A DNA stretch of 55,215 nt, counting the filler, from Squatina squatina (taxonomy: Eukaryota), in the NCBI GenBank assembly GCA_031763465.1. It is 2 parts of 2 records of this genome, joined end to end, with 100 filler letters (N's around TTAATTAATTAA, not from the genome) between each part and the next. Parts side by side here need not be neighbours in the genome. Positions count along the whole stretch, not along the records: positions 25,226 to 55,215 come from JARFOE010000046.1; 1 more part is not named here. One strand, 5' to 3'. Below the pieces are notes generated by a model. The model saw only the letters and a list, made by a program, of their open reading frames with translations. It was not told where the DNA came from and did no database searches. How positions within the stretch are numbered: the stretch's first letter is position 1; each line of letters begins with the position of its first letter. The position numbers and the translations under genes are program-made. Below, in pieces: positions 25,126-38,369 of this stretch.

Positions 25126-25225
25126 NNNNNNNNNNNNNNNNNNNNNNNNNNNNNNNNNNNNNNNNNNNNTTAATTAATTAANNNNNNNNNNNNNNNNNNN
25201 NNNNNNNNNNNNNNNNNNNNNNNNN
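25126..25225. other. Artificial scaffold spacer (44 N + TTAATTAATTAA + 44 N)
   Basis: Exactly 100 bp, with the 12-mer that encodes stops in all six frames centred at 25170-25181. Confidence 0.9.
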
Positions 25226-26605
25226 CAAGTGCTGCTACTAATTGTTCCTACAACTCCAAAAGCACAAAAAACCACTGCACTAGGCATTGAAATAAATGCA
25301 ATTTGTCCCCAATATACACAATTTTCATTTAACTCAATCACCTGTTCAAGCTTCAGCAAGCAAAAATAACCAAGAACAGAGTCATAGCAGAGCTCTGGCT
25401 AAATGAGCCACACTCCTTCTCATTTACTGTGAGTCTATAGAATTACCATGGCCAACACCACTTCCTGTTCACTTCTCTTGTATAGAATTCCTGATCTAAA
25501 TAAAACTTGCTCCCAACAATCCCATTTTTTAATGCTGTGTTAAAATGATGAATGCACTGTTTTGACCTGGAGATTGTAAAACACCAGAAATCTTATCACT
25601 TTGTCTGGATGATTTGTTCTTATTCAGAGTTGATCTTTAATTTGTTGGATGAATTATTCAGTTGGCTGTGGTACAATGATCAGCCAATTGGATCATTTGT
25701 AATTGCATTTTAAAGGCATCTTGTTCCAAGCAGAATCCTGATTGAAGCATAACATTTCTTGGCAAACCAGATACTTGTTGCCAAGATTAACTGTGTTGGG
25801 TGTTGGCTACAAAATCCTTTAGCTTGGTCAATTAAATTAAAATAAGACCATTTGCCACCTAGTTAAGGTTGCCCATAACTTTAATTTTTTAAAGATAATG
25901 GAGCTCCCATTTATAGCCCCACTCTCAATATTGCCCACAAATTGCAAATGAAGATCGTCAAGAGACTGTTTTTCTTACCATCCTTGTACCTTACATGAGA
26001 GCAAAGCCCAGGATTTTATTAATAAGGGAATTGTGGTGAGAGGGAGATGGGAGGGAATAATAAGATGGGGGTCCTCAGATTCTTAATCAACAAGCTGCAA
26101 AATACAACTAATCAAATAGATTTACCTGCTTATGTGACTCATTTTGAAAAAGTTCTGATTTATGAGCTGCAACTGTTGCATTATATAGCATGATCACAAA
26201 CTAGTGAAATGAACAATGATTTGAAGTGCAATAGAAATGATTGATCAGTGCATTGTTTCAAAGCTTCATTATTCATACTTCTTTGTATTTTATATTCTAG
26301 TTCAAATTGAATTTCTCATGAACAACGTTTGTATAGCACCTTTAATGTAGACAAATATCCCAAGACACATAGGTGTAATCAAAACAAAACAAACGTACCA
26401 GGTTGTTGGAGACCCTCACCCATAATTCTCATCTGTTTCTGTCTGAAGGATAATATAACATTATACAATGATGATAGGCTGAGTTTTTGGCCATCAGAAG
26501 CATCTTTGAAAGTCACCATGTGAGCAGAAAAGGCAGTGGATGTTTTATCTGACACACTGTGAATGTTTTGTAATGGTGGAATTGGTTACTTTTAAGGGAA
26601 AGTTT

Positions 26606-26830
26606 AGAAATCTGTTGGAAATATGCAACAAATCAGTCATCATCTGCAGAGAGAAATGACAGGCTATGGCATTTTGGGCTTGTAACCATTCATCAGACTA
26701 GTTCTGACAAAGGCTTACTCACTTAAAATATCACAACTTGTCTTTTCTTATTACAGATGCTGACTGACTTGTTGCATATTTCCGGTATTTTCTGTTCATA
26801 TTTCATATTTCCAGCAATTGCACTGTTTTA
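26606..26830. mobile_element. Penelope-derived inverted terminal-repeat remnant (palindrome) with decayed hammerhead cores
   Basis: The arm GGAAATATGCAACAAATCAGTCATCATCTG (about 26617-26646) pairs with CAGATGCTGACTGACTTGTTGCATATTTCC (about 26754-26783), with the centre near 26700. CTGATGA lies on the minus strand at 26690-26696. Confidence 0.7.
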
Positions 26831-27992
26831 ACTTTATCAATTTGTTACTGAATGTTCCACCTAAGGCTCCCGAATATCATTGTTGCTGGCATCGTGTTGT
26901 TTCTACAACTACTCTCCTATTACCAGGTTGTAGCAGCTCCCCAGCAGCCCTCCAATGACTGATTTTGCCTTTCAAAGTAGAACTGAAATTGCTAAACTGT
27001 TCATTTCCCAGTTCTTATGGGTGTAGCCTAATGCACCAATCATGAACATGTACAAGCAGGTGGTGTCCAGAGCAGACTATTACTGTACACATAACAAATC
27101 ATTCAGAGTTATTATGGACCCAATTGAATAATTAGAGAAGCAGAGGGGCTTGATGAGGATGAGGGGACAGAGAACGGAAGCAGAGCAGCAACAACACTTG
27201 GAATGCAAGCAAGGATTGCTAGGTGAAACAGACGATTTATAGGGGCCCTGCCTTCATAAACCACTTTTATTTGTTTGCCAAACGCTCAACACAATGACAG
27301 ATTCTGATGCAAACTGTCTGTTCTCATTGCAAAAATACTGAATTGCTTGCCTGTGGCTTTAAAAGAATGATGTCCTCTTGTCTGGCTTATCTCTCTCCCA
27401 GCAATGAAGTGCCTTTTTAATGCTGGGTCTGCTGAACAGTCAGGCAAGGCTGTGGACAAGGAATAACCTGGCAACTTTGGAGAACTAGTAAAGTTGTGCA
27501 GCATTTGGAAGGAATCAGGGTCCACTGAGTACTTGTGGGTTGTTTAGAAACTGAATTTTGTTTATATATTTTTAATAAATTTTAGATACACAAAAATAAA
27601 ATTTGTGATCGTATTTTTTATCAGGATCCATACTGAATACTTTCATGTTTCAAAAATGGAATATGAATAAAGTGCCAGTAGATACCATGAACCTGTGTCT
27701 GAAGTGACGTTTACTGAGACTACCAGACCTTCTGATCTTCAGAGAAAATTAGATCTCAACTGGGCTAACTATGAGGAGACATTTCTCTAGGTTTAAGCAG
27801 AAGCTAATATTTTATTTCCTCTATGACCTTTTTTTTTCCTAATAATGTTTCTCTATGCAAAATATAAGCCTGGAAATAATTCTGTGTATATTATCATAAA
27901 AGTGCATTTAGCATTTGTATGATAATGTCACAAAATGTCACTTCCAGGCTATCAAAACAGAAAGCATGACTTTGGTCTCCAGCACCATCTTT

Positions 27993-28067
27993 TAGAAACA
28001 TAGAAACATAGAAAATAGGTGCAGGAGTAGGCCATTAGGCCCTTCGAGCCTGCACCGCCATTCAATA
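27993..28067 (-). mobile_element. CR1 (HER1-type) 3' tail, young
   Basis: AGAAACATAGAAACATAGAAAATAGGTGCAGGAGTAGGCCATT.GGCCCTTCGAGCCTGCACCGCCATTCAATA; nearly identical to 44118-44177. Confidence 0.9.
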
Positions 28068-29463
28068 NNNNNNNNNNNNNNNNNNNNNNNNNNNNNNNNN
28101 NNNNNNNNNNNNNNNNNNNNNNNNNNNNNNNNNNNNNNNNNNNNNNNNNNNNNNNNNNNNNNNNNNNCATTACAGATGGATCAAAACAGCTAAGTTCAAA
28201 TTACTGGACATCAATGGTGGCCAGTGTGGGGGTTTTCCAGCTGCTTGATGGCAGGCCAAGGATGCGCTCATGGTGCCTGTCAGTCCTATGCTAATTAGGT
28301 GCCCTCTTGCCAGCCCCACCAAGCCCGGATATGATCTTGGCGTAACTGCGGCTCGTGGCTTTTTGGGGCCTCACTCTCTGCGTTCACAATTGAACAGTGA
28401 CACTTGAGTGAGCTAATGGATGGTAGCAAATGTCTATGGAACCATATCCCAGGATGAATCAGTGCCTTCAAGCAAGAAAAGGAGAAAACTACTGAAAAAC
28501 AAATCAGAAAGAACTTGAGAAAAAAGCAGTGAGCTGTTTTAATACATTTGTTTGATTGTGGAATGAATTCACAGCTTTTAGAGTCTGTAATCACGAACTA
28601 GCTTACTCGTTCATCTGTAACTCTTACTTTTCTTCAAAATTGTGGATCCTCTTCCCCTCCACCCAAAAAAAGATTGTGCAAATGACCATTTAGGGAAATG
28701 TTGAGTTTCAGCAGAAACTTCTTCACCGCGGGCCAACACCTCTGCTGGAGGCAACTTAATTCAGATTTGAATTTTTTTTTTCTTATTAAAGGAATGTGTG
28801 CTTATGAAATCTGGGTGTTGGGCGAGGGAGTAGACTGATTTGTTCTGAAGCCATCCTTGCAGACAAGCTCTCACTTTTATTTTTTGTTTTATTACTTTCA
28901 TGACCTCATCACACTGCTGGTGGATTGCTCTTGCATGACCTGACAGGATTAATAAATTGCTGTGCAGTGCGATAGCTCATACAGTGTGAAGCATATCTTG
29001 GCATGTGAACAAAAGTGGTGAAAAGTGATATATTTTATCAAAGTAAAGATTCGGGTGGAGCATATAAAAGCATGGCTTCCCCTTTTGAAGCCTCATATGC
29101 CCACTTGTAATCTGTGAATATCATTTGTAAAGATTCTTTAAATGACCAGATATTGAGAAGGCATTTTCTTAACCTACGCTGGTTGTTCTCCATAAAAGAC
29201 TGGTGGTAGCACACAAAACTAAATTTGAGTAGGATCCACAAGGCTAAAAATAAGTCTGTGAGAGATAGCAGTTGCTCCACAGTACCCAACAAGTTTTCCT
29301 GGTTAGCATTTAGCACAGTGCAATGTGCAAACTTCTAGGTTAGTCAATGGAGGAGCTTGTTTGNNNNNNNNNNNNNNNNNNNNNNNNNNNNNNNNNNNNN
29401 NNNNNNNNNNNNNNNNNNNNNNNNNNNNNNNNNNNNNNNNNNNNNNNNNNNNNNNNNNNNNNN

Positions 29464-30050
29464 ACCACAACCTGTCACCTCATGGCCCGACATATCCCTC
29501 ACTTTACCATTATCATCAAGCCAGAGGATCAACCCGGTTCAACAATGAGTGTAGAAGCCAGGTGCATGCCAGGAGCAGCACCTGGCATACCTAACAATGA
29601 GGTGCCAACCTGGGGAAGCTGCAACACAGGACTACTTGCATGCTAGACAGCGGTAGCAGCAAGCTATAGACAGGGCTAAGCGATCCTACAATCAACGGAT
29701 AAAATCAAAGCGCATGCCGCATCCCATCTTGAATGGTGGTGGGCCATTAAACAACTAATGGGAGTAGGACGCTCCATGAATATCCCCATCCTCAATAATG
29801 GCATAGACCGCACTTGAGTGCCAAAGACAAGGCTGAAGCGTTTACAACCATCTTCGGCCAGAAGTGCCAAGTGGATAATCCATATCGGTCTCCTCCTGAG
29901 GTCCCCATCATCACAGAAGCCAGTCTTCAGCCAATCCGATTCACTCCACATGATATCAAGAAGTGGCTGAGCGCACTGGATACAGCAAAGGCTATGGGCC
30001 CCCATAACATCCCGGCTGTCGTGCTGAAGACTTGTGCTCCAGAACTAGCC
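29464..30050 (+). mobile_element. LINE ORF2 fragment (CR1/L2 group), region between endonuclease and RT
   Basis: KPEDQP.FN.ECR...WWWAIKQLMG...AKDKAEAFTTIFGQKC...DIKKWLSALDTAKAMGPHNIPAVVLKTCAPELA contains the pre-RT KA.GPD.IP..VLK motif. Confidence 0.9.
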
Positions 30051-30052
30051 AC

Positions 30053-30180
30053 GGAGGCAGTAGAGAGGCCGAGAGAGGTGGTGGTGAGGTAGATCTGGGT
30101 GTGTCAGCATATACGTGGAACATGATGTTGTGCCTTTTGAAGGTGTTGGCGAGGGGCAGCATGTAGATGAAAATAGGAGG
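30053..30180 (-). mobile_element. L2 RT fragment
   Basis: The minus strand reads FIYMLPLANTFKRHNIMFHVYAD-TQIYLTTTSL (YADDTQLY motif, frameshifted). Confidence 0.8.
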
Positions 30181-31294
30181 TGTAAAATGAGGAAAAATAA
30201 TGCAGCGTAAACGTGTTTCAAAAAAGAAGGAAGAGTCTTTCTGTGATCACAGCAGAAAGACAGTGGACATTTCTAGTCTAACAAAGATATTTTTCAATTG
30301 GCCCCAAGGCACATTTTCAATGTTCCTCATAACCACAACATGCTCAAAGCATTTCAGTGCTGCTGTGCAGTTCCCAGAGGTTCACTTAAGCTGCCTCATT
30401 AGGTTACAGCTCTTGGTGAACCACATTATTATGTGGTGTATGTCTCTCACGCCCCACAGTCATTATCCTTTTACTTGTGGTTGGGAGCTATTGTGAAGAC
30501 TGGTATAAGGTACGAGATAGTTAGCCAAAACGCACATTCCTTTCAACAGGGACAATGAATGTAAAGGGCAAGTTAGAATATTGATTCAGTTGAAATAGCT
30601 TTAATATGGAGGCAATTACTGTGAATAGTAAGTGCTTACCTTTGGATTGGTTCCAAGTATTTAGCTTTTTGGCCAATCATTTTTTTTCCCAAATGTTCCA
30701 ACTTACTAAGTTCCTCCTTGGAGCTGTGATTTCATCTATTTTGATTGCTAATCAGTTCGAGCTCCCACCGAGTGTTGACAGAGACTCGAAACAGAGAGCC
30801 TGCAATAGGTGTATCAACAAGGTGATCAAACTGTGGCAAGAGGCAGACGCTCTCAGCTGGCATTAGAAAAAAGACACCTTTTAATCTTCTGCATGCGGTG
30901 AAAAACAGGGGGGAGTTCATTTCAAACACGGCCCACCTAACCATCTGCTAACAAACTCTACCTAAGCACCTCCACCAGTGCAGCACAAACATTATTTCAT
31001 TAGGGCTGACATTAATAAGGATGAGTAAATGCTATTTTTGCTTGAGCTAGCTGTGGTTGCTGAAAATCTAAGAATTGTGCTGTGGTGCTGTGCTGAGAAT
31101 GGAAATGTTACCCCTTTCATGCAGCTTGGAATCAAAAGGACTTAGTGGGATGTTTCAGGTTGGAATGTGCTACAAAGTCACTTTGGTTTGCTACNNNNNN
31201 NNNNNNNNNNNNNNNNNNNNNNNNNNNNNNNNNNNNNNNNNNNNNNNNNNNNNNNNNNNNNNNNNNNNNNNNNNNNNNNNNNNNNNNNNNNNNN

Positions 31295-31370
31295 TCCTTG
31301 CCTGTAAAGTGCTTTGGGACATCCTGAGGTCATGAAATGCAATATATAAATGCATATCTTTTATTTCTTT
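31295..31370 (+). mobile_element. DeuSINE 3' tail
   Basis: GTAAAGTGCTTTGGGACATCCTGAGGTCATGAAATGCAATATATAAATGCA. Confidence 0.8.
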
Positions 31371-32277
31371 ACACACCTCCCTATTTTCTTTTTGAATCTT
31401 TTCAATTTTGTGCTACCGCCCAAAAAGAATTTCATCCCCATTTTATTTATGGACCTTTACAAGAACTGAATATTTGACTGATTTAATAAATCAGAGCAAG
31501 TATTTAGTGACAGCCATAGAATGGACCAGAATGGTAAACCTTAGAACTGCTCTCTAAGGCTCTGACTGGAAAGGTTGATGTGGGGAGGTGATGATTGAAG
31601 GATCAGAGGGAAAAAAGCAGTAACACAATACAGAGAAAGCCTGTTTATCACTAAGATCAACTGAATAAACTGAAACATTTGGAGCCTGCAAGATCTCTAG
31701 GGAGCAAAGCCCTTATTTTTTCATAACACCCAAAGGAAAATGACGAAATTCAACAGCAAAACATACACTTACCAGAAATACAGACCAACAAATAAAGAAC
31801 AGAGTAAGAGAATAAAGATAGAGCCAATTTTCATATAGTGTGCGTGAAATATATCCTTTCTTCCTCTGCAATAGCTATAATCTTGCATTGAAACTTGGCC
31901 ATGTGCCTGGCTGTGTTTTGGATGATGCATTGAGCTTCAAAACCAAAAGGATTTATCAGTTTGCAAACAACCAAAGGCATGTTCATTCCTCTTACAGTCA
32001 TACAGTAGGAAAAGGGTTCAAGGCACCAGTCAGTCTGGCTTTTCCTTCAGCATATTTTAAGTGGCTTATTTCAGAGATGATTAGAAAAGAAAGCAGAATT
32101 TCCGACTGAGAGGACCATTATTTATTTTTATGGGGATGTTCTTCAAAGTAACACGTCTTACTTGCATCTGGACAATCGAGGTTTTGGGGTTTTTCTAGTA
32201 TTGTATTTTACTATTTTCTCCCCTTCCTCTCCCTGTTTTCTTTGTGCCACGTGACATACTGCAAATAACTCAGTGAG

Positions 32278-32387
32278 GTGACAATATATATTAATGACTT
32301 AGATGAGGGAATTAAATGTAATATCTCCAAGTTTGCAGACGACTCAAAGCTGGGTGGGAGTGTGAGCAGTGAGGAGGATGCAGAGAA
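32278..32387 (+). mobile_element. CR1 RT fragment
   Basis: TIYINDLDEGIKCNISKFADDSKLGG (FADD catalytic motif). Confidence 0.92.
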
Positions 32388-32494
32388 NNNNNNNNNNNNN
32401 NNNNNNNNNNNNNNNNNNNNNNNNNNNNNNNNNNNNNNNNNNNNNNNNNNNNNNNNNNNNNNNNNNNNNNNNNNNNNNNNNNNNNNNTGGCATC

Positions 32495-32810
32495 ATCCTA
32501 CCCTTTCTCTGTAACATCCTTCAGCCTTACACCCTCCTCCCCCCAAGAATACTGTTGTTTTCTAATTCTGGCTTCTTTTGCATCTTTCGTCCATTCAGGC
32601 CTTGTGCTTTGGAATTCCCTCCTTCCTCTCCTTTTAAGGTGCTCCTTAAAACCCACCTCTTTAACCAAGCTTTTAGTCACCCCTCCTAATATTGCCTCCT
32701 TCTTTGCCTCAGCATCCATTTTTGTCTAAATACACTTCTGTAAGGTGTCNNNNNNNNNNCTTGGGGCATTTTGCTATGTTAAAGGTGATATATAATTGCA
32801 AGTTGATGTT
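32495..32810 (+). mobile_element. L2 LINE 3' end
   Basis: PFLCNILQPY...FKVLLKTHLFNQAF, followed by the tail TTGGGGCATTTTGCTATGTTAAAGGTGATATATAATTGCAAGTTG. Confidence 0.8.
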
Positions 32811-33439
32811 AGATCAATCCTTATTATTTTCAGTAACCCAAGTTGTGAAGCTCTAAACAACAGTTAAAAAAAAGTTTATCTCCATTCACTTTTTCGTTCC
32901 AAAATTAAGATTAAAATCACAGAACAAATCTGTTAAATATAGTGTAATGGTGAAGTTAATTTTCTTAACTAAGATACCTAATATGAAAAAATGCAACTGT
33001 GTGCTCAGTCAATGATAATGGTTATGATTAACTCAAGCTGAGTGAACAAATATGCTGTCAAAAAATAAACTAAGCTGAAGTAGGACGTTAAAACCAATAT
33101 TAATGTGTTCTGAATTAGACCTCGTAACCACTCCCACCAGAATGAGTATCGTTCTTATCGAGATGGGTATGCCTGGGGACCAGAACTCTAACTGCATGCT
33201 AATTATCTCAGAAGAACATTATTTATGTTGGAATAAGTTTTGGCTTTATAATCTTGAGTCATGCCAACTTGGAACTCAAAATTGGTGTTTGCTTTCAAGA
33301 TAACAAACCTACAAGATATCGGATGACTAATGCAGACTCTTTGCTCTCATCCTAAATGCAGTGAATGTAGCTGTGGAAAATCTTTGCAGACAAATCTTCT
33401 CAAAAGAAAATATTAATGTAAAATCAGATTATCCACTTA

Positions 33440-33658
33440 CCTGCCTTACCTATTCCCAACCACCCTTTTGCTCCACTCTGTCCAGTTTTCCCATTGCCCT
33501 CCAGTCTATAAGACCCACCAACTGCTCCATTAATTCCCTTCTTGAAAAAGCCCACCCCTGGACCCATCCTGTTCTCTTCAACTATGAAACTATCTTTAAT
33601 CTCCCCTTCCTCTCCAAAATTCATGAGTGTATTATTGCCATGCTGTTCCATGACCACT
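33440..33658 (+). mobile_element. L2 RT N-terminal fragment (old)
   Basis: LL.K.....PVLFNYETIFNLPFLSKIHECIIA resembles PLLKK..LDP..L.NYRPISNLPFLSKVLERVV. Confidence 0.7.
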
Positions 33659-34113
33659 TCGTAACTGATTGAAAATTGGGTGGGTTCTATAAAAGGCGGA
33701 CAGTCTGCCTCAGCAGATTACCATTCTACCCAGGAAAATTAAAGTCTACCTTATAGAAAAGTGCTGGTGTGAGAACAGTTCTGAACACTGATATTCATGG
33801 TCCTCAACTGATGGATCCAGTTATAATGTCAAATGCAAACCGTGTAGAGGAAATGGTGTAGCCTTGCATCATGGAGCTTTCTCCCAACTATAGTAAATGT
33901 TGTTTGGAAAGAGGTTCCCACTGGATTCAGCAGCACATCAATCAATGATGAATTTGCCTCGGAAATTCAAACTTCATTTCAAAAGCCAAATCTTTCAGAA
34001 CAAATGTCTAAAGANNNNNNNNNNNNNNNNNNNNNNNNNNNNNNNNNNNNNNNNNNNNNNNNNNNNNNNNNNNNNNNNNNNNNNNNNNNNNNNNNNNNNN
34101 NNNNNNNNNNNNN

Positions 34114-34410
34114 NGTGGTGGGGAGTAAATTTGTGGTGGGTTTGGAAAATAATGCCTTCAGTCTTCCTGGAGGAAGCTGTGACACATCCAAGACTTGATG
34201 TCGGATAAACAATCTAATAGCATGGAGAGTAATCGAGAGTTTGAGAGTGGTAGCAGCGTGGTAGAGCTCAACATCATCAGCATACATGTGAAAGCTGATA
34301 CGTTGCCTGCAGCTAATGTTGCTGAGGTTTTAACATGTAGATAAGGATGTGAAGGGGGCCAATGACAAATTCATGGGGAACACTAGAGGTGACATTATGG
34401 GGAAAGGAAG
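34114..34410 (-). mobile_element. L2 RT fragment
   Basis: HMYADDVELY on the minus strand. Confidence 0.8.
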
Positions 34411-36941
34411 TAGATTCACACCGTCCGATATCTATTTATCAATATACCAATAGTGTAGCAATAGTAGACCCTTACGACCTGAACTGAATATTCATATCTT
34501 TTGAATGTGCTCCCATGTGCCTCTCCAATCTTGTTGAAGGGAAACCAAGAAAACACTTGGTATGGCAAGGTCAGATTCAAATGCATCAGATGTTCTAATA
34601 TTGTGAATGAGTTCCCCATCGTGCTTCTCACAGTAAGTCACAGCAATTTACTTTATTATAAGGACACGAAACACTATAGATTATTCTGCGACTAAAGTGT
34701 AGATGTGTGTCTTTTTAAGACTTCTAGTCTAATTGATGTTAAGTAAACATCAGGTGAGTTCATACACAGGTCAATTAAGAGGCTGCAGATTTTGTGGATC
34801 AGTATTTTCTGTTATTGGAGAGCATGTCTGTACTTTCCAAATGATTGGCATTCTTTCTATAAACTTCATTTTGAATGTGACACCGAAATTTGCATTCAGC
34901 AGCAAGTGGCATCTGAAGTGTGACAGGTACCGTATATAGATATAGATGGATAGCTGTGGCTTGATGATTGAACAGCAATAATGTGCTTCTGTATACACTG
35001 TAATGAAGAACTGAGAAGCCAGTCCATTGACGGATTTGATCCCTCTGTCTCTGTTTTCAGTCACCTAGTTTTTTGTCGATTAACTGGTACAACTGCACTG
35101 CATTCTTACTAAAGGGAAGCAAGGATATCAATCTAATGATTGCCTCCCACAGAGACTGAAACAATCATTTTTTCTCAGTTATGTTCATTTTTTTTTCAGG
35201 TCTCTCAGCTGGAATAGATGCAACTCCCAGCTTTATTGTCTAGAAGACCGAACGGGGTGAATCTATCATCAGCAAAATGGAGCACATATCTTCTTAGCTA
35301 GCACATTGCTTTTTAACAATTTGCTACCAGATTTTCTGTAGCAGTGGAAAGGTTTACGTGAGCAATTTAGACCGAAAGTACTTTCCTCCTGTGTATTTTT
35401 TTTTGACTGAAATAATAGTATCTGATTCAACTACACCAACCAACTGTATATATCGGTTCCCTTGAGCATGTTTAACTCCCCTTATAATTCCATACTATCT
35501 TTTTATTGGAAACCAAATCCAGGGGAAAAATGTAGTTCTTTCATCAGGAGTTCATCTTCAAACAGGGCTGAGTTGCTGTTGACTATCATTAACTTTCTGC
35601 CAAGACGAAGGAAAAGCTTGTTATAACAAGATGTCACTGTATTTATTAACCAAACAGACTGCCACTCCATGCCGGGATGCTATTATTGTTCTTTTCCTCC
35701 TACTTTGTTTGATCTTCTTGAAGGCTTTACATCATGCATTAAGTGACTTGAACTCAGGTTGACCTTCTTGGCAGATCAAGAATGCATTATAATTGTTTGC
35801 TGGTTTTAAGGCATTAACTAAATTTATATAATTCTTGGGTGGCTGATCTATTTTAAGATTTGTTGATACAATTACGGATGTGCTTTTCACTGCTGTTGAG
35901 TATTGGTCTCCTGCTAGAACGTCTTGTCTTTGAATGCTTAAAACAACAATGTTCTCCATAGCCCATTAACTAACAAAGATTGCACATATATTCCGAACAA
36001 AAGTTTCACTTTGGGGAGAATTCTTGTTGTCGTCAATGTCAGGGATTTCGGATCTGCAGAATGGAATAACTTTCTATTTGGCAAGTGTCAGCATCAAACA
36101 CTCCCAGGTCAGATATAGCACAGACCAGATGTAGTGTAATGGTTCNNNNNNNNNNNNNNNNNNNNNNNNNNNNNNNNNNNNNNNNNNNNNNNNNNNNNNN
36201 NNNNNNNNNNNNNNNNNNNNNNNNNNNNNNNNNNNNNNNNNNNNNAAGACAGACGAGAAACTGAGGATGCATTTACGTTACAACAGTTATGTTGCTCCAA
36301 AGTGGCTTCATCTCACAACGACACTGCTATTGTAGTGGGGGAGGCAATCTGAGTCTGGAGTTAGGGCTTGACCTGACACTGGGATAGAGTGGAGTAAGAT
36401 GCTCGGGAGGAGGGATTTTCGCTTTACTTTGCCTTGAAGTCAGTTCACCTCTCCATATCTGATTTGGACCACACAAATTTAGCTTTGGTGTAAATCCAAA
36501 TGCCAATATTAAATTTGTGGTGTAAATGCATTCTGTAAGGTAACTTATCCGATCCATCCCAATTCCTCCATTGCAATTTTAGTGGAAGGGGATAATTCAC
36601 CCATGGCATTCTGAAGATTAATAGCTGTCTTGATAAAAGCTGCTTTTCATTTCCTGGTTTTCTGTCTGTGAGAATTCTTTAATGTGATTGGTTTCTTAGA
36701 GAGCTTGTTGACGTCACAGCAGCTTTTCACTGGGAATCCCCATGACAGAGCGCTGCAATTGATTGAATGTCGAAAAAGGCAAGATTCGCGCCACAGAGAG
36801 ATCACAAGATCTCTGTGGGCAGCTTTCTCCGGGGTCAGCTGCGAGTGCCTTTATAACTCAGTCCTCTGATAATAGCGATCAGCCTCTTTGGCCTTTTCTT
36901 CATTTCTTCGTGGGTTTGATGTCTCTCTTGTACCTCAGTGA

Positions 36942-37065
36942 CCTGAACTGAATGCACTATTCAGGATGCAGCCTGACCACAGAACTACACAGCTTCAGCA
37001 TGATAACCTTAAGTTTAAATTCCATTGATTTGGCAACACAGCTCAGCATTCTGGTTGCTTTATTA
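36942..37065 (-). mobile_element. CR1 ORF2 fragment (old)
   Basis: The minus strand reads NKATRMLSCVAKSMEFKLKVIMLKLCSSVVRLHPE*CIQF, resembling KAN.MLG.I.R..EYK...VML.LY..LVRPHLEYCVQF. Confidence 0.75.
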
Positions 37066-38369
37066 AGTGCTGCTGTGCAAGCACTGAGCAAACATGGTCA
37101 ATGTAGAACCTGGTATCATTCTTGGATCTCGTCCAGCCTCTCACCCTGACCTAACTAGTTCTACATCATTTGTTCAGTAACTGTGTCTCTATGTTTGATT
37201 CCAAAGTGTAAGATCTTGCACTTAGAGTCATTGAATGCTACAGCACAGAAGGAGGCCAGTCATCCATCGTCTTGTGCCGTAGCTGGAATGAATTTCATAT
37301 AGGACATTAGCCACGCGTAACCCGGAGAGTTTCTTTCAGGAGAATAAAACATTTTGGCAATCAAACATGTTTAAAAGATCCATTTTAGCAGTTTACTTGT
37401 CACATATAACTTCTCTGGGGGTCAAACATGAAATAAACACCGTTGTAACTGTGGCTTCCAGAAATCATCATCTGATCTTAAAACTTTTTTTTGCCTCAAG
37501 TTTGTGTGCAACCAGCAGTGGAAGAAAATAATGTATGAATGTTTGGTTCATTTGGGCTGTAGCCCCAACCTCCCACTCAGAACCGCTTTGGTTCTGGCAA
37601 TCTTCAATCTCGCCCTACAGTTGATCTGATTGATAGCGACAACCGAATGGAAAACATTGATCTTTGATCTTTTTTGTGAAACTCTAACAAGCTGACATAT
37701 AGATCAATTAAAAGTAGTTTTCTATGTTATAATTTCCATGATGGAAGATTTCCTCTGTGTGCTNNNNNNNNNNGTGCTATGTGAAGTGAAATCTCAATGC
37801 ATCCTTTACGAAGAGATTTATCATTTCATGAAATAGAACACATCTTCACCCATATTTTTATATTAGGACTTCACTGTTATTATCCTGAAATTTTGCTTTT
37901 AAAGTGAAGCTACAACTATCCAGGAACTAACACAGGACTGCGCTCATCAGCTGGGATTCTCCCCCAAACATGGATCTTCTTTCATTCTCCCTCCATAATC
38001 AATTGCTGCAACTTTCAAATTATTCTTTGTCTGTAATTCTCTCNNNNNNNNNNNNNNNNNNNNNNNNNNNNNNNNNNNNNNNNNNNNNNNNNNNNNNNNN
38101 NNNNNNNNNNNNNNNNNNNNNNNNNNNNNNNNNNNNNNNNNNNTCCAAACCCTACAGATGTATCTGAGGCAATGTAGGCTGGATTTAGACAATTTGCATG
38201 CCTTGCTATTATAAATTAGCTGACCCCACAAAAACACTTGTCCATAAATAACATGCAGTACCATTGTAAAATATTATTATTTGAACTTCACACATGTGAA
38301 AGATACAATATTTGCCAGGTCTACCCCTCTCAACCGGTCTACTGGCACTGTGCTATTAGACTGTTAGTC

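Noticed and set aside
36070-36145. Single degenerate unit resembling a common shark tandem repeat (CTGGGAGTGTTTGATG)
   Set aside because: Only one diverged unit is visible next to a gap, which is not enough to call an array.
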